The notes beneath the pieces are model-generated. The model made no database searches and was not told where the DNA came from. It saw only the letters and a program-made list of their open reading frames with translations. Below, one piece after another: positions 32,478-42,311 of a stretch of DNA of 64,000 nucleotides. The DNA comes from Methanomethylovorans hollandica DSM 15978 (GTDB lineage: Archaea; Halobacteriota; Methanosarcinia; Methanosarcinales; Methanosarcinaceae). Numbering within the stretch: the stretch's first letter is position 1; every line of letters begins with the position of its first letter. The translations under genes were made by a program, and so were the position numbers. Location: NCBI RefSeq assembly GCF_000328665.1, contig NC_019977.1, positions 2,038,011 through 2,102,010 of the forward strand, in the 5' to 3' direction.

Positions 32478-33224
32478 ATATTTCAGGCTTTTTTTAATCA
32501 GATCTTCTTCATCCGACCTATACATTTCCTTTACGGATGCACTATCTTTGGACCTTAATTTCAGGCCACGTATTATCACTACAGGATATCCGCCGTTACC
32601 TTCACCCATAAGCAGGTTCGCAGCTCCTGCGACCTCATCAGCGACAGCTTCTTCTGTGATCTTAAGTTCTTTACCGAACAGATCTTTTTGTCCCTTCCAG
32701 TCTTTGAGAGGATGGATACGATAGACTCCTACAGCAACCCCTGTTTGACCACGCTTAAAGGCTCTCCCATTCGTATCGGTAATGATTACACTGATCTGCG
32801 TACCAGTGTAACTCTCGATCCCCTTTCCAATATATGCAGCGCTTGCATCAGAATCTGCCGGAAGCTCCAGAAGTATTTCCTCTTCAACATTAGATTCATC
32901 AATGCCTGCATTGATGCATATATGGCCATTTTTCATCTCCACAAGCAATACTGGTGAAGAAATCAGGCATTCCCGGCTCCTTTCAAGAACCGCCTGTATA
33001 AACTCGGGAGTGAAACGGATATGTTTGGAGAACTCTACTGCCTCTGCACCAGGAACTATATCCACCAGGGAAAAAGTCCTTCCTTCAGCTTTCCCCACAA
33101 TGGTGGAAGCTATAACTATGACATCCCCATCAAGGATATCGGTTCTTTCACAAATGATCTGTGCGATATCATCCTCTTTTTTTATCAGTGGGATGTTTTC
33201 CACTACAAAAGCCTCGAATCTCAA
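32460..33224 (-). CDS. cofE: Coenzyme F420-0:L-glutamate ligase
   Basis: [34 protein letters not shown] start after an AGGTG RBS. Confidence 0.93.
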   Translation of the reverse strand: MRFEAFVVENIPLIKKEDDIAQIICERTDILDGDVIVIASTIVGKAEGRTFSLVDIVPGAEAVEFSKHIRFTPEFIQAVLERSRECLISSPVLLVEMKNGHICINAGIDESNVEEEILLELPADSDASAAYIGKGIESYTGTQISVIITDTNGRAFKRGQTGVAVGVYRIHPLKDWKGQKDLFGKELKITEEAVADEVAGAANLLMGEGNGGYPVVIIRGLKLRSKDSASVKEMYRSDEEDLIKKSLKYLRCRV

Positions 33225-33286
33225 AAATTACACCTGGTGTTAACAGGTCATTAGGCATAAATAAGCCTATCTACATATGAACAGAT

Positions 33287-33349
33287 GCGGCGATGATGAT
33301 AGTTACCCCGACTGAGCAAAATATGAAGAGGTTATTTCCCTGATGCCGT
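33287..33349 (+). ncRNA. Box C/D guide sRNA (possibly sR41-like)
   Basis: C ATGATGA 33293-33299, D' CTGA 33312-33315, C' ATGAAGA 33323-33329, D CTGA 33340-33343, terminal stem GCGGC/GCCGT; intergenic; TATA-like TAAATA about 25 nt upstream. Confidence 0.88.
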
Positions 33350-33365
33350 AAATATATAAATTACT

Positions 33366-33403
33366 GAAAAAAGCGATAGTACGTCCATCATATATGGACG
33401 TAC
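33366..33403 (-). terminator. Terminator hairpin downstream of hsp20
   Basis: Perfect 10-bp stem GTACGTCCAT (33379-33388) / ATGGACGTAC (33394-33403), then a T6 run on the minus strand. Confidence 0.65.
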
Positions 33404-33422
33404 CCTAGAAATTATCCACAAC

Positions 33423-33884
33423 TCATTCGATAAGTATCTTCTGCTTTTCCTCTATCTCTGCCTTAGGTATTTTTATGGTCAGAACGCCATCCTCCAGTTT
33501 GGCTTTCGCTCCTTCTGTCACAACATTCGCAGGCAGGCTGAAGGTCCGGGCAAACCGTGAAAAAGCGCGTTCATGCACCACATATCCTTCCTTCTCTTCT
33601 TCCTTTTCGCGATGCGTGTTTGCATTGATGTAGAGCATATTATTCTTAATATCGATCTCCACATCTTTCTTGTCTACTCCGGGCATGTCGGCCTTTACAA
33701 CTATTTCGTTATCCTTATCCTGCACGTCCATCATGGGTGAAAGCGTGTCTAAGGTCTTTATTTCACCCGAAAGTGACAGTTCACTGAACAGCTGTCTTAG
33801 AAGTCCCTGCATCCTGCCTACCTCTTCAAAGGGATCCCATTTAGATATACCCGAAGGTGTCCATCTTGTAAGACCTTGTTTCAT
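33423..33884 (-). CDS. Small heat shock protein Hsp20
   Basis: ADMPGV.K, ER....F.R.FSLP, AKLEDGVLTI.IPK. Confidence 0.95.
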   Translation of the reverse strand: MKQGLTRWTPSGISKWDPFEEVGRMQGLLRQLFSELSLSGEIKTLDTLSPMMDVQDKDNEIVVKADMPGVDKKDVEIDIKNNMLYINANTHREKEEEKEGYVVHERAFSRFARTFSLPANVVTEGAKAKLEDGVLTIKIPKAEIEEKQKILIE

Positions 33885-33996
33885 GCAATCCACACCTTTG
33901 AGTATCGGGGTTTAGCCATTCCCCGCATAACTCCAATGAAATACATGAGAATTAATTATAAAATTTGACTATGGTTAAAAAAAAGAGATTGTGTTC

Positions 33997-35196
33997 TTAT
34001 GTGTGGCGTTGTATCATGAGCTTTACCAGATCAGCAGCATACACAATTCCATAGGATCCCTCCCGCACATCAACTTCATTGAATGCTGTGGCATTGTCGG
34101 GATGTTTCTCATTGGTGGAGTAGATAGCAAAAGGTATGGGATCAGATGTATGCGTCCTCAGGTGCACAGGAGTCGGATGATCAGGCATTACCAGGATGGT
34201 CACATCTGCGGCCATGGAATTAGCACCCTGCAGTATGGTGCCAACAACCTTCTCATCAAAATCCTCGATGGCCTGGATCTTAGCCTTTGCATCTCCCATG
34301 TGCCCTGCCTCATCCGGTGCTTCCACATGTACGACAACGAAATCGTGATCCTTCAGAGCATCCAGTGCATACTCGGCCTTTCCTACGTAATTGGTATCCA
34401 GATAACCTGTTGCTCCGGGCACCTCGATTATATCGAAACCTGCGTATATTCCGATCCCCTTCACAAGATCTACTGCGGAGATGATAGCTCCGGTCTTACC
34501 GTACATATCCCTGAACAGAGGAAATGCAGGCGCACCTCCCTGTCCCCATAACCAGATCGAATTGCCTGGCTTCTTACCTGCTGCTATCCTGTTAAGGTTC
34601 ACAGGATGCTTCGCAAGAATGGCCATGGAAGTATCGATCAATTCACAAAATATCGTACTGTCCTTGCCTTTTGGCATATGATCTTCTTTTTTTTCGCCTA
34701 TCACGTCATGAGGAGGAGTGCACGCGGTTTCAGCACCAAAGTTGTTCTTTGTAACCATCAGATGTCTGTAGCTGATACCCGGATAGAAGCTGATCCCGTC
34801 CTTACCTAACTCTGCATCTACGGTTTGTATAAGTTCCCTGGCCTCTTCGCTTGAAATGTGTCCGGAACTGTAATCAGCGATCATTCCGTCCTCTATAGTT
34901 ATGAGGTTACATCTGAAAGCCACATCATCAGCATCCAATTCAATGCCCATGCTTGCAGCTTCAAGAGGAGCCCGGCCTGAGTAATACTTTTTAGGATCAT
35001 ATCCTACAATAGACATGTTCGCAACATCGCTTCCCGGATGCATACCTTCCGGGACGGTCCGGGCCAGCCCCGCTTTTCCATGGGCAGCAATATAGTCCAT
35101 GTTGGGCGTTCTTGCCTTCTGGAGTACAGTTCTTCCTCCCAGTTCAGCAATAGGTTCATCCGCCATACCATCTCCGATCAGTATTATATATTTCAT
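33997..35196 (-). CDS. apgM: Cofactor-independent phosphoglycerate mutase (ApgM family)
   Basis: [35 protein letters not shown]. Confidence 0.92.
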   Translation of the reverse strand: MKYIILIGDGMADEPIAELGGRTVLQKARTPNMDYIAAHGKAGLARTVPEGMHPGSDVANMSIVGYDPKKYYSGRAPLEAASMGIELDADDVAFRCNLITIEDGMIADYSSGHISSEEARELIQTVDAELGKDGISFYPGISYRHLMVTKNNFGAETACTPPHDVIGEKKEDHMPKGKDSTIFCELIDTSMAILAKHPVNLNRIAAGKKPGNSIWLWGQGGAPAFPLFRDMYGKTGAIISAVDLVKGIGIYAGFDIIEVPGATGYLDTNYVGKAEYALDALKDHDFVVVHVEAPDEAGHMGDAKAKIQAIEDFDEKVVGTILQGANSMAADVTILVMPDHPTPVHLRTHTSDPIPFAIYSTNEKHPDNATAFNEVDVREGSYGIVYAADLVKLMIQRHT

Positions 35197-35299
35197 GATA
35201 TACACCAGGGATCCTAAAACCGACAGACTAATCAACTAATAGAAGAAACAAGCATGCAATCACATGTAATGTCCTTTAATTTGTATGATAGTGGTTCCT

Positions 35300-36301
35300 A
35301 TGAGATATATACGTTTTGTGGTTGTCTGTGTAATGACATTGCTTATTCTGCTGTCTTCCCCAGTTTATTGTTCCCCTGAAGAAGGGGCAATGATATATTA
35401 CTCTGAGGAAACTCTGAGTGCAGGCGATATTGTACAGTTAGAGCAAGGTTATTCTTTCAAGCTCATAGATTCCAGCAAAGACTCCGGAGACATATTATTA
35501 AAAGTGTACTATAAAGATGAAGAGATCGATATAAGGGATTCTTTCGGAGACGAAGATAAACCATTTGAGTACATAGTCACCATGGAAGAAACAAATGAAG
35601 ACAAAAAGGAAGAGGAAATAGATTACGTTGTACTCAGGATCACACCCGTGGATTTTGATGAAAAAGATGATAGGATATATGTTGAAGTGGAGATCGAACA
35701 GTTCCTTGATCCTGAGCAGGAAGATGACGATTTCCTTATGCTGGATACCTCAAAGTCTGTTAAAGTTGGAGAAAGCCTTTCCCTTGAAGACGGTTACACT
35801 CTGGAAGCAAGTGATGTGGAAGATGATTCTGTGATCCTTGAACTGAGCAGGGATGGGAGATCGCTGAAGAAAGAAGAACTGGAAACTGGCGATATATTCA
35901 TTTATTCCAAAAATGTGGATGGCAATTCACGGACCATTTTTATAGCAAGGATAAGTAAATTTTTTGAATCTTCGACCAGTTCCACTGTTATCCTTAAAGA
36001 TGTGACGCAGAGACCTGATCTGGAAGAAAATAGCATAGGAAATGTAGTAAGAGATATATCAAAAAATGTATCTGAAAACAACAATAATGATACGAATCCT
36101 TTGATATCAATACCTGATAGCATTGACAAAAATAAGGGAGAACTTAATAGCTCTGCTACACAAAACATAATGAATCCTTCATCAACACCTGCCACTAACG
36201 GAAATGGGAATGTGACAGATCATGTGAATACTGATAGTTTTATGCCAATTCTATTCATAATTATCATAGCGATAGGAATTGTGATCTTTAAATTGAGCTA
36301 A
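35300..36301 (+). CDS. Acidic cell-surface protein with S-layer (DUF1608-like) subdomains
   Basis: Signal peptide, two L..G..L.L.QGY-type repeats, N/S/T-rich linker, C-terminal TM anchor. Confidence 0.75.
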   Translation: MRYIRFVVVCVMTLLILLSSPVYCSPEEGAMIYYSEETLSAGDIVQLEQGYSFKLIDSSKDSGDILLKVYYKDEEIDIRDSFGDEDKPFEYIVTMEETNEDKKEEEIDYVVLRITPVDFDEKDDRIYVEVEIEQFLDPEQEDDDFLMLDTSKSVKVGESLSLEDGYTLEASDVEDDSVILELSRDGRSLKKEELETGDIFIYSKNVDGNSRTIFIARISKFFESSTSSTVILKDVTQRPDLEENSIGNVVRDISKNVSENNNNDTNPLISIPDSIDKNKGELNSSATQNIMNPSSTPATNGNGNVTDHVNTDSFMPILFIIIIAIGIVIFKLS

Positions 36302-36403
36302 AAGTAAAAAATACATTAATCTTACTTTAATGGGTTCATAATCTTTATATCACACAATCTTCTTTATAGTGCAATCCATAACCGCGGAAAGTGTGAAATT
36401 AAT

Positions 36404-37798
36404 ATGAGAATCGTAATGAAATTTGGTGGTACTTCGGTAGCAAATGGAGAAAAGATCCGCCATGTTGCTACACTCCTGAAAGGCTTCCATGAAAACGGTC
36501 ACGAGCTTATTGCAGTTACATCAGCACTTGGTGGTACTACAGATGGGCTTTTGAGCACAGCAAAGGATGTTTCAAAGAACGGCAAAGTCTCGCTGGTCAA
36601 AGAGTTCATAGCGGACATCACCAAAACGCATTATGATGCCATACATGCTGCAATAGATGATGAGAATATTATCTCTGAAACCACAGAGGTAATTGATGTT
36701 AGATTAGATGAACTGGAAAAAGCCTTAATAGGAATATGTTATCTTGGAGAGCTTACGCCGCGTTCAATTGATTATATTTCTTCTTATGGGGAGAGGTTGG
36801 CTGCACCCATAGTAAGTGGCTCTATAAGGTCTTTAGGTATTGATTCCAAATGGCTGACCGGTGGAGAGTCCGGCATTATCACTGATGGCAATTATGGGAA
36901 CGCACTGCCCCTTGAAAAAAGCTATGAACTTATCAAGGAAAAATTATCTCCTTTACTGAACTGTTCAATAGTAACAATTATCACTGGTTTTATTGCAGAG
37001 AACGAAGACGGAATCATCACCACCCTTGGCAGGAGCGGATCTGATTTTTCAGCTTCGATCATTGGCGCAGCTGTCCAGGCTGACGAGATTTGGTTATGGA
37101 AAGAAGTACATGGAATAATGACCTCTGATCCAAAAATAGTTCCTGAGGCAAAACCACTGGCTCAGGTTTCTTACATCGAGGCTATGGAACTGTCATATTT
37201 CGGCGCCAAGGTACTTCACCCCAGGACAATAGAACCAGCTATCAAACACAAGATACCTGTTAGAGTAAAAAATACTTTTGAACCTTCTTTTGAAGGCACT
37301 CTTATAGTGGCTGATCAGGTACCAAGCCAGAATGTAGTAAAAGCAGTGACCTTGATCAAGAAAGTGGCGCTTATAAACATCTGTGGAGCTGGCATGATGG
37401 GCACGATCGGTACAGCTGCACGGGTTTTCACAAGTCTTGCTAATGCAGGAGTAAACATAATTATGATAAGCCAGGGCTCTTCTGAAGCAAATATGTCTCT
37501 GGTGATCGATGAGGACCAACTGGAAACTGCTGTCGCTGCAGTGCGTTGCGAATTCAATAGAAATGTGGTGGGAGACGTTGTCTTTGACAGAGATATCTGC
37601 GTGGTCGCTGTTGTAGGTGCAGGTATGGATGGCACACCAGGTGTCTCGGGCAGAGTATTCAGTACGCTGGGAAGAGAAAAAATAAATGTGATAATGATCA
37701 GCCAGGGCTCATCACAGCACAATATATCCTTTGTTGTGAGCTCAAGGGACGCCATTAATGCAGTTAGGGTTTTACATCGCGAATTCTATAATTTATGA
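36404..37798 (+). CDS. lysC: Aspartate kinase
   Basis: KFGGTSV, TTLGRSGSD, GAKVLHP, two ACT domains. Confidence 0.96.
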   Translation: MRIVMKFGGTSVANGEKIRHVATLLKGFHENGHELIAVTSALGGTTDGLLSTAKDVSKNGKVSLVKEFIADITKTHYDAIHAAIDDENIISETTEVIDVRLDELEKALIGICYLGELTPRSIDYISSYGERLAAPIVSGSIRSLGIDSKWLTGGESGIITDGNYGNALPLEKSYELIKEKLSPLLNCSIVTIITGFIAENEDGIITTLGRSGSDFSASIIGAAVQADEIWLWKEVHGIMTSDPKIVPEAKPLAQVSYIEAMELSYFGAKVLHPRTIEPAIKHKIPVRVKNTFEPSFEGTLIVADQVPSQNVVKAVTLIKKVALINICGAGMMGTIGTAARVFTSLANAGVNIIMISQGSSEANMSLVIDEDQLETAVAAVRCEFNRNVVGDVVFDRDICVVAVVGAGMDGTPGVSGRVFSTLGREKINVIMISQGSSQHNISFVVSSRDAINAVRVLHREFYNL

Positions 37799-37811
37799 AA
37801 GGGGTAGTTCA

Positions 37812-38813
37812 ATGAGTGAAAAGCATCTCACATATGCAGGATCGGGCGTGGATATAAGACAGGAAGAGAGCACTATCAAAGCCCTTACCAGTAAAATGAC
37901 CTATATGCGTACAGGCCTGGGTGCTCCGCTAACAGATATAGGGCATTATGCAGGTCTTCTTGATTTTGGGGAATACGCCCTTGCAATGACAACAGATGGA
38001 GTTGGTTCAAAAGTCCTCATTGCAAACGCGCTTAAAAAATGGGATACAGTCGGAATAGATTGCGTTGCTATGAATGTAAATGACATACTGGCTATTGGCG
38101 CAGAGCCAGTGGCTTTTGTAGACTACCTGGCACTTGAATCCCATGATGAATCATTCGCAACTCAGATTGGAGAGGGATTAAGAAATGGTGCTGAGTTTTC
38201 CCGCATGTCAATAATAGGCGGTGAGACTGCTACCCTCCCGGACGTTATAAAAGGTTTTGATCTTGCAGGCACTTGCCTTGGTATGGTTAAAAAAGATAAG
38301 ATCATCACTGGTGAAAATGTGCAAGTGGGTGATGTGCTTGTCGGCATACCCAGCAGTGGAGTACATAGCAACGGTTATTCCCTGGTACGCAAAATAGTCG
38401 AAGGGTCCGGACATTCTTATAAGGATCCATTCCCATACAACGATTCTACTACCATTGGTGAAGAGCTGCTCATTCCCACCAGGATATACATGGAAATACT
38501 TGATGTGATCGGGCAATGTGAAGTACACGGTTTGGCTCATATCACGGGAAGTGGCCTCTTAAAACTTCAGAGGGTCACCAAGCTCGGATTTGATATTTCC
38601 GATCCCATAGAACCCAACGATATTTTTAAGTTCTTGCAAAGAGAAGGTAATGTAGACGAACTTGAGATGTACAGGACGTTCAACATGGGAATGGGGTTTG
38701 TAATAATACTGCCCAAAAAAGACGCTTTAAAAGCAGCTGAGCTTACAGGCGGGAAGATCGTAGGCAGTATAGTAGAATCCGGTATAAGAGTAAAGGGACT
38801 CACAATAATTTGA
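37812..38813 (+). CDS. purM: Phosphoribosylformylglycinamidine cyclo-ligase (AIR synthetase)
   Basis: DGVGSK, AMNVND, GGETA, SSGVHSNG, HITG, TFNMG. Confidence 0.96.
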   Translation: MSEKHLTYAGSGVDIRQEESTIKALTSKMTYMRTGLGAPLTDIGHYAGLLDFGEYALAMTTDGVGSKVLIANALKKWDTVGIDCVAMNVNDILAIGAEPVAFVDYLALESHDESFATQIGEGLRNGAEFSRMSIIGGETATLPDVIKGFDLAGTCLGMVKKDKIITGENVQVGDVLVGIPSSGVHSNGYSLVRKIVEGSGHSYKDPFPYNDSTTIGEELLIPTRIYMEILDVIGQCEVHGLAHITGSGLLKLQRVTKLGFDISDPIEPNDIFKFLQREGNVDELEMYRTFNMGMGFVIILPKKDALKAAELTGGKIVGSIVESGIRVKGLTII

Positions 38814-38823
38814 GGCGGTTAAC

Positions 38824-39111
38824 ATGTCCAGATCATCATGCACAAAAGATATGCCTTATGAGGTATTGACTAGTGGGGTTACTCTTACACAAAGTGAAAA
38901 ATACATAAAGGACAACTCTGAAAAGGTATTTCATGTACCCGGAGGTTATAGCATAAAGGGTATGAAACTTATTGGTTCAGATAAGATCCCTGTGGGTGTA
39001 AAAGGTAACGATCTGATCTTCCAGTTCATAAAGCCCTGTTTTGGATTATTCATACTAAAAATGACTGATGTTCAGGAAGAAATAGAAAAGCTGCAAAAAG
39101 AGTTTCCGTGA
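38824..39111 (+). CDS. DUF1894-like small protein
   Basis: C...M.YE.L, P.GVK, F.KPCFG motifs; stop codon lies in the IS end. Confidence 0.75.
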   Translation: MSRSSCTKDMPYEVLTSGVTLTQSEKYIKDNSEKVFHVPGGYSIKGMKLIGSDKIPVGVKGNDLIFQFIKPCFGLFILKMTDVQEEIEKLQKEFP

Positions 39112-39240
39112 ACTACTACCCTATTAATAGGGTGGCTTCCTACTTCATACCCCTGACCATTGCCAGTAAGTCCATAGGCTCTTTCCGTAGTCCCTACGGT
39201 GTTATATCCCGATTAGGTTTTGCTTATTAAGAGCAGACTT
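39088..39240 (-). ncRNA. TnpB omega/reRNA scaffold plus guide (5' boundary approximate)
   Basis: Hairpins at 39185-39199 and 39118-39133; potential TGAA/TTCA pseudoknot; guide is the flank beyond 39108. Confidence 0.7.
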
Positions 39241-40442
39241 TTTGATATTAATAGCGGCATTAACATCCCTGTCATGATTGGTTTTACAATCAGGACATTG
39301 CCATTCTCTATCTGCAAGTGTTAAGTTCTTATTGTGATATCCACACACATTACAGATTTTAGTTGACGGTTCAAACTGTCCTATGCGTAAAATTGTTTTT
39401 CCAAACCATTCTGCCTTATATTCCAGTTTAGTTACAAAAGAACTCCAAGAAGCATCTGCTATGTGTAGTGCAAGGCAATGATTTTTCAACATACCGCTAA
39501 CGTTCAAAGTTTCCAATGCTAACGCTTGATTCTCGCCTATCAGCTTAGAGGATAATTTATGTTGAAAATCATTTCTCTGGTTGCTTATTTTTTCATGGAG
39601 CTTTGATACTGCATTTCTGGCCTTTGCCCTGTTCTTTGAACCTTTTTGCTTTCGACTCATCCTTCTTTGTAATACATGAAGACGTTGTATAGAGGTTTTA
39701 AGGTATTTCGGATTATCTATTTTTTTACCATTGGAAAGTATAGCAAAGTCCTTGATTCCAATATCGATACCAACAGTTACCTTTTCATTGAACAGACTTT
39801 TAACAGGTGTTTCCTGTTCATCATCTACAAGAATACTAATGTAGTATTTTCCAGTTGGTGTTCTGGATAATGTAGCGGTCTTTTCAATACCCTTAAATTT
39901 ACGATGTAGTTTTGTTTTTATCCATCCAATCTTAGGGAGCTTTACTTTATTGTTATCAAAGTCCACTTCGTAGAATTGTGGTACTGAAAAAGATTGTACT
40001 GGATTTTTCTTAGATTTAAAATTCGGAAATCCTTTTTTTTCTCTAAAAAATTTGGTAAACGCAGTTTCAAGATTAAGAGTAGCACCTTGTAATGATTGTG
40101 AGTTTACATCCTTTAACCATGTATGTTCCTCCTTCAATTCAGTTATCATTTTATTCAAGGTGAATCTTGATACGGATTTATCATTTTGCTCGTATGACTT
40201 GATTTTGTTCTCTAAAGCCCAATTATAGACAAACCTACATGCACCGAAATGTTGGAAGAACGATTCTTCCTGCTCCTTTGTAGGATATATTCTATACTTG
40301 TAGGCTTTTAACATACAAACAGTATATTGTTTTAACAATATATATATATATATTTAGTATTGAGTTGTGTGGAGAACTTCTTTTGTAGAATAGACGTAAT
40401 TCATCCACCGTTTGAAAACGGTGGTCTTCTTACTCCAACATG
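39108..40442 (-). mobile_element. IS200/IS605 family (IS1341-type, tnpB-only) element
   Basis: Left-end hairpin CCACCGTTT/AAACGGTGG 40405-40424; right-end palindrome 39118-39133 ending TTCAC; flanked by TTTAT; no tnpA. Confidence 0.88.
39202..40314 (-). CDS. tnpB: RNA-guided endonuclease TnpB
   Basis: KAYKYRIYP HTH, RuvC GIDIG / LETL / DRDVNAA, zinc ribbon CNVC..CPDC; start at ATG 40314. Confidence 0.95.
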   Translation of the reverse strand: MLKAYKYRIYPTKEQEESFFQHFGACRFVYNWALENKIKSYEQNDKSVSRFTLNKMITELKEEHTWLKDVNSQSLQGATLNLETAFTKFFREKKGFPNFKSKKNPVQSFSVPQFYEVDFDNNKVKLPKIGWIKTKLHRKFKGIEKTATLSRTPTGKYYISILVDDEQETPVKSLFNEKVTVGIDIGIKDFAILSNGKKIDNPKYLKTSIQRLHVLQRRMSRKQKGSKNRAKARNAVSKLHEKISNQRNDFQHKLSSKLIGENQALALETLNVSGMLKNHCLALHIADASWSSFVTKLEYKAEWFGKTILRIGQFEPSTKICNVCGYHNKNLTLADREWQCPDCKTNHDRDVNAAINIKKSALNKQNLIGI

Positions 40443-40448
40443 ATAAAC

Positions 40449-41015
40449 TCAGATCTTGCAGCTTGAAGACATAGCCACTATAGTTTGCAGAAAATCTTGA
40501 GAAGGAAACTCATGTATGGAACAGGCTATGACCTTGCCCTTACCTACATCTTTTACGACCATCAGTGACCTGCCCTTTGGGTCCTTTAACACAACGTTTG
40601 CATCCGTGTCAAGGAAATACCCGTCATATTCCACTTCAGTTACATGCTTTTCGATGACACAGATATCTTCATGTGCTTCCATCCTCTGCACTGTGCAAGA
40701 ACCCTGTTCCTGCACATATTTCAGTTTAAAGGGTAGCCAGTCATAATCATATTCCGGCACCATCGGCCCAAATATGACTACAGTACCTCCTTTTTTGAGG
40801 AAGTTTTCAATTTTATTTTTGTTCCTCACGATACCCTTGAGAGTGGAGGTATATACAGGGTTGGCAAAACCTGTGGGAAGAACAATACATCTGCACGGAG
40901 GCAGGAAAGGTGTGCCTATAGATTCAGCTTGCACTCGCTGGCATTTAATATTATACTCTACAAATAATTTCTCAAATAAAACGGGCGTGTCCCAGAGAAG
41001 CATTACATCTGTCAT
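40449..41015 (-). CDS. Hypothetical protein, class I glutamine-amidotransferase-like fold
   Basis: FLKKGG.VVIFG, DWLP, VGKGKVI pattern. Confidence 0.7.
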   Translation of the reverse strand: MTDVMLLWDTPVLFEKLFVEYNIKCQRVQAESIGTPFLPPCRCIVLPTGFANPVYTSTLKGIVRNKNKIENFLKKGGTVVIFGPMVPEYDYDWLPFKLKYVQEQGSCTVQRMEAHEDICVIEKHVTEVEYDGYFLDTDANVVLKDPKGRSLMVVKDVGKGKVIACSIHEFPSQDFLQTIVAMSSSCKI

Positions 41016-41122
41016 GGAAGCAGCATTAGTGCATTCTCATATTAATCTTTCTGAGTAACTGGTTATATTTAAATAGCATTAGATCAAACCTTCTTATAAG
41101 GAGTATATTAAAAAATGTCCCC

Positions 41123-42262
41123 TTGTATGTGAAAGGGTGGGGAGTAAATCCATCTGATTTACACCCGGTTAATTTTGACCGATTTGTGGAACATCAAAAT
41201 GTCATGGTGATGATGCATGAAATGACCGGTTACAGAAGAATCCGGTGCATCGACCAAGCAGGCTTTGGTATCGAGGCTTTTAGAATGGTGATACCTGATG
41301 ACTGGACGTGTTATGGCGGGATCACTTGGGTTAATGACATGCATATGCCTGTATACATTAATTTTGCAGTGGCCAGTCCCGATGGACTAATTGCATTTGA
41401 AGGTTTTCCCATCCTGAAGTTCACGTGGTCGAGCAAACCTATGGCAGTTATGAACCAGCAATTATGGCAGAGCCAGAGTACAAAAGTTGCTGCGCCCATG
41501 CAACCGGACGAAGTGCTCCTTAAATATATAATAGCTCCTTTCCGGCAAAAGATGCAGCCTTACAGGATAGTTCTTAGAGGTCCGGTGCATCCTGATGACC
41601 CAATGGTTGCAGATGCTTTTACTCCTCGTACCGAAGCCAATGTGAGATTTGGAAAAGTACGAATAGCCTATGAAATTGCAGAAAATCCTATTGAAGAGGA
41701 ATTTTATGCCGGAGTCTTATACGAACAGGTTCCGGTGATAGGTGGAAACTTCATCCTCTGGCAGATGCAGACTGGATCTATCCGTGCCCCTGAGGGGCAT
41801 CTTGAAGAGAATCTGCCCCTTTTCAGAACGATGAAGGCTTCTCTTCGGCCAAATGAGATATGGGTCCGGCAGCTAACAGACCTGATGATAGGATTGTATC
41901 AGCAGCAGATTGCAAATATCCAGAAGATAGGCGTTTTTTCAAGAAAATACAGCCAGATGCAGGATAGGTTAAGAGAGCAGAGAATACGCAGCTGGGAAGA
42001 GTCCAACAGGCAATTCGAGGCTGACAGAGCAGTAAATAATACACAGATCGATCGGGAAAGCCCTTCTGAAAGGTTCAGTCGCGAGGCCATTCTTGGCCTT
42101 GAAAGACGCTGGGACCCTTATGAAGAGAAGGAGATCGATGTTGAGAGCGGACATGTGGATGTTTGGATAAATGCTCTGGGAGACAGAATCCTCTCTGACA
42201 GCTACAATTACAACCCGGATGAACATCTTATGGGCAACTGGAAGAGAATGGAAACACTTTAG
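41123..42262 (+). CDS. Hypothetical protein (true start probably 41204-41222)
   Basis: Long open frame; Trp/Pro-rich N-terminal domain, Q/R/E-rich helix, DPY-containing tail. Confidence 0.75.
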   Translation: MYVKGWGVNPSDLHPVNFDRFVEHQNVMVMMHEMTGYRRIRCIDQAGFGIEAFRMVIPDDWTCYGGITWVNDMHMPVYINFAVASPDGLIAFEGFPILKFTWSSKPMAVMNQQLWQSQSTKVAAPMQPDEVLLKYIIAPFRQKMQPYRIVLRGPVHPDDPMVADAFTPRTEANVRFGKVRIAYEIAENPIEEEFYAGVLYEQVPVIGGNFILWQMQTGSIRAPEGHLEENLPLFRTMKASLRPNEIWVRQLTDLMIGLYQQQIANIQKIGVFSRKYSQMQDRLREQRIRSWEESNRQFEADRAVNNTQIDRESPSERFSREAILGLERRWDPYEEKEIDVESGHVDVWINALGDRILSDSYNYNPDEHLMGNWKRMETL

Positions 42263-42311
42263 AATGGATTTGATCAAAAAATCAATTAAAAAAGAATGGA
42301 AACTGGTATGA

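Noticed and set aside
33906..33925. RNA thermometer in the hsp20 leader
   Set aside because: Only a 5-bp stem, and it does not cover the RBS
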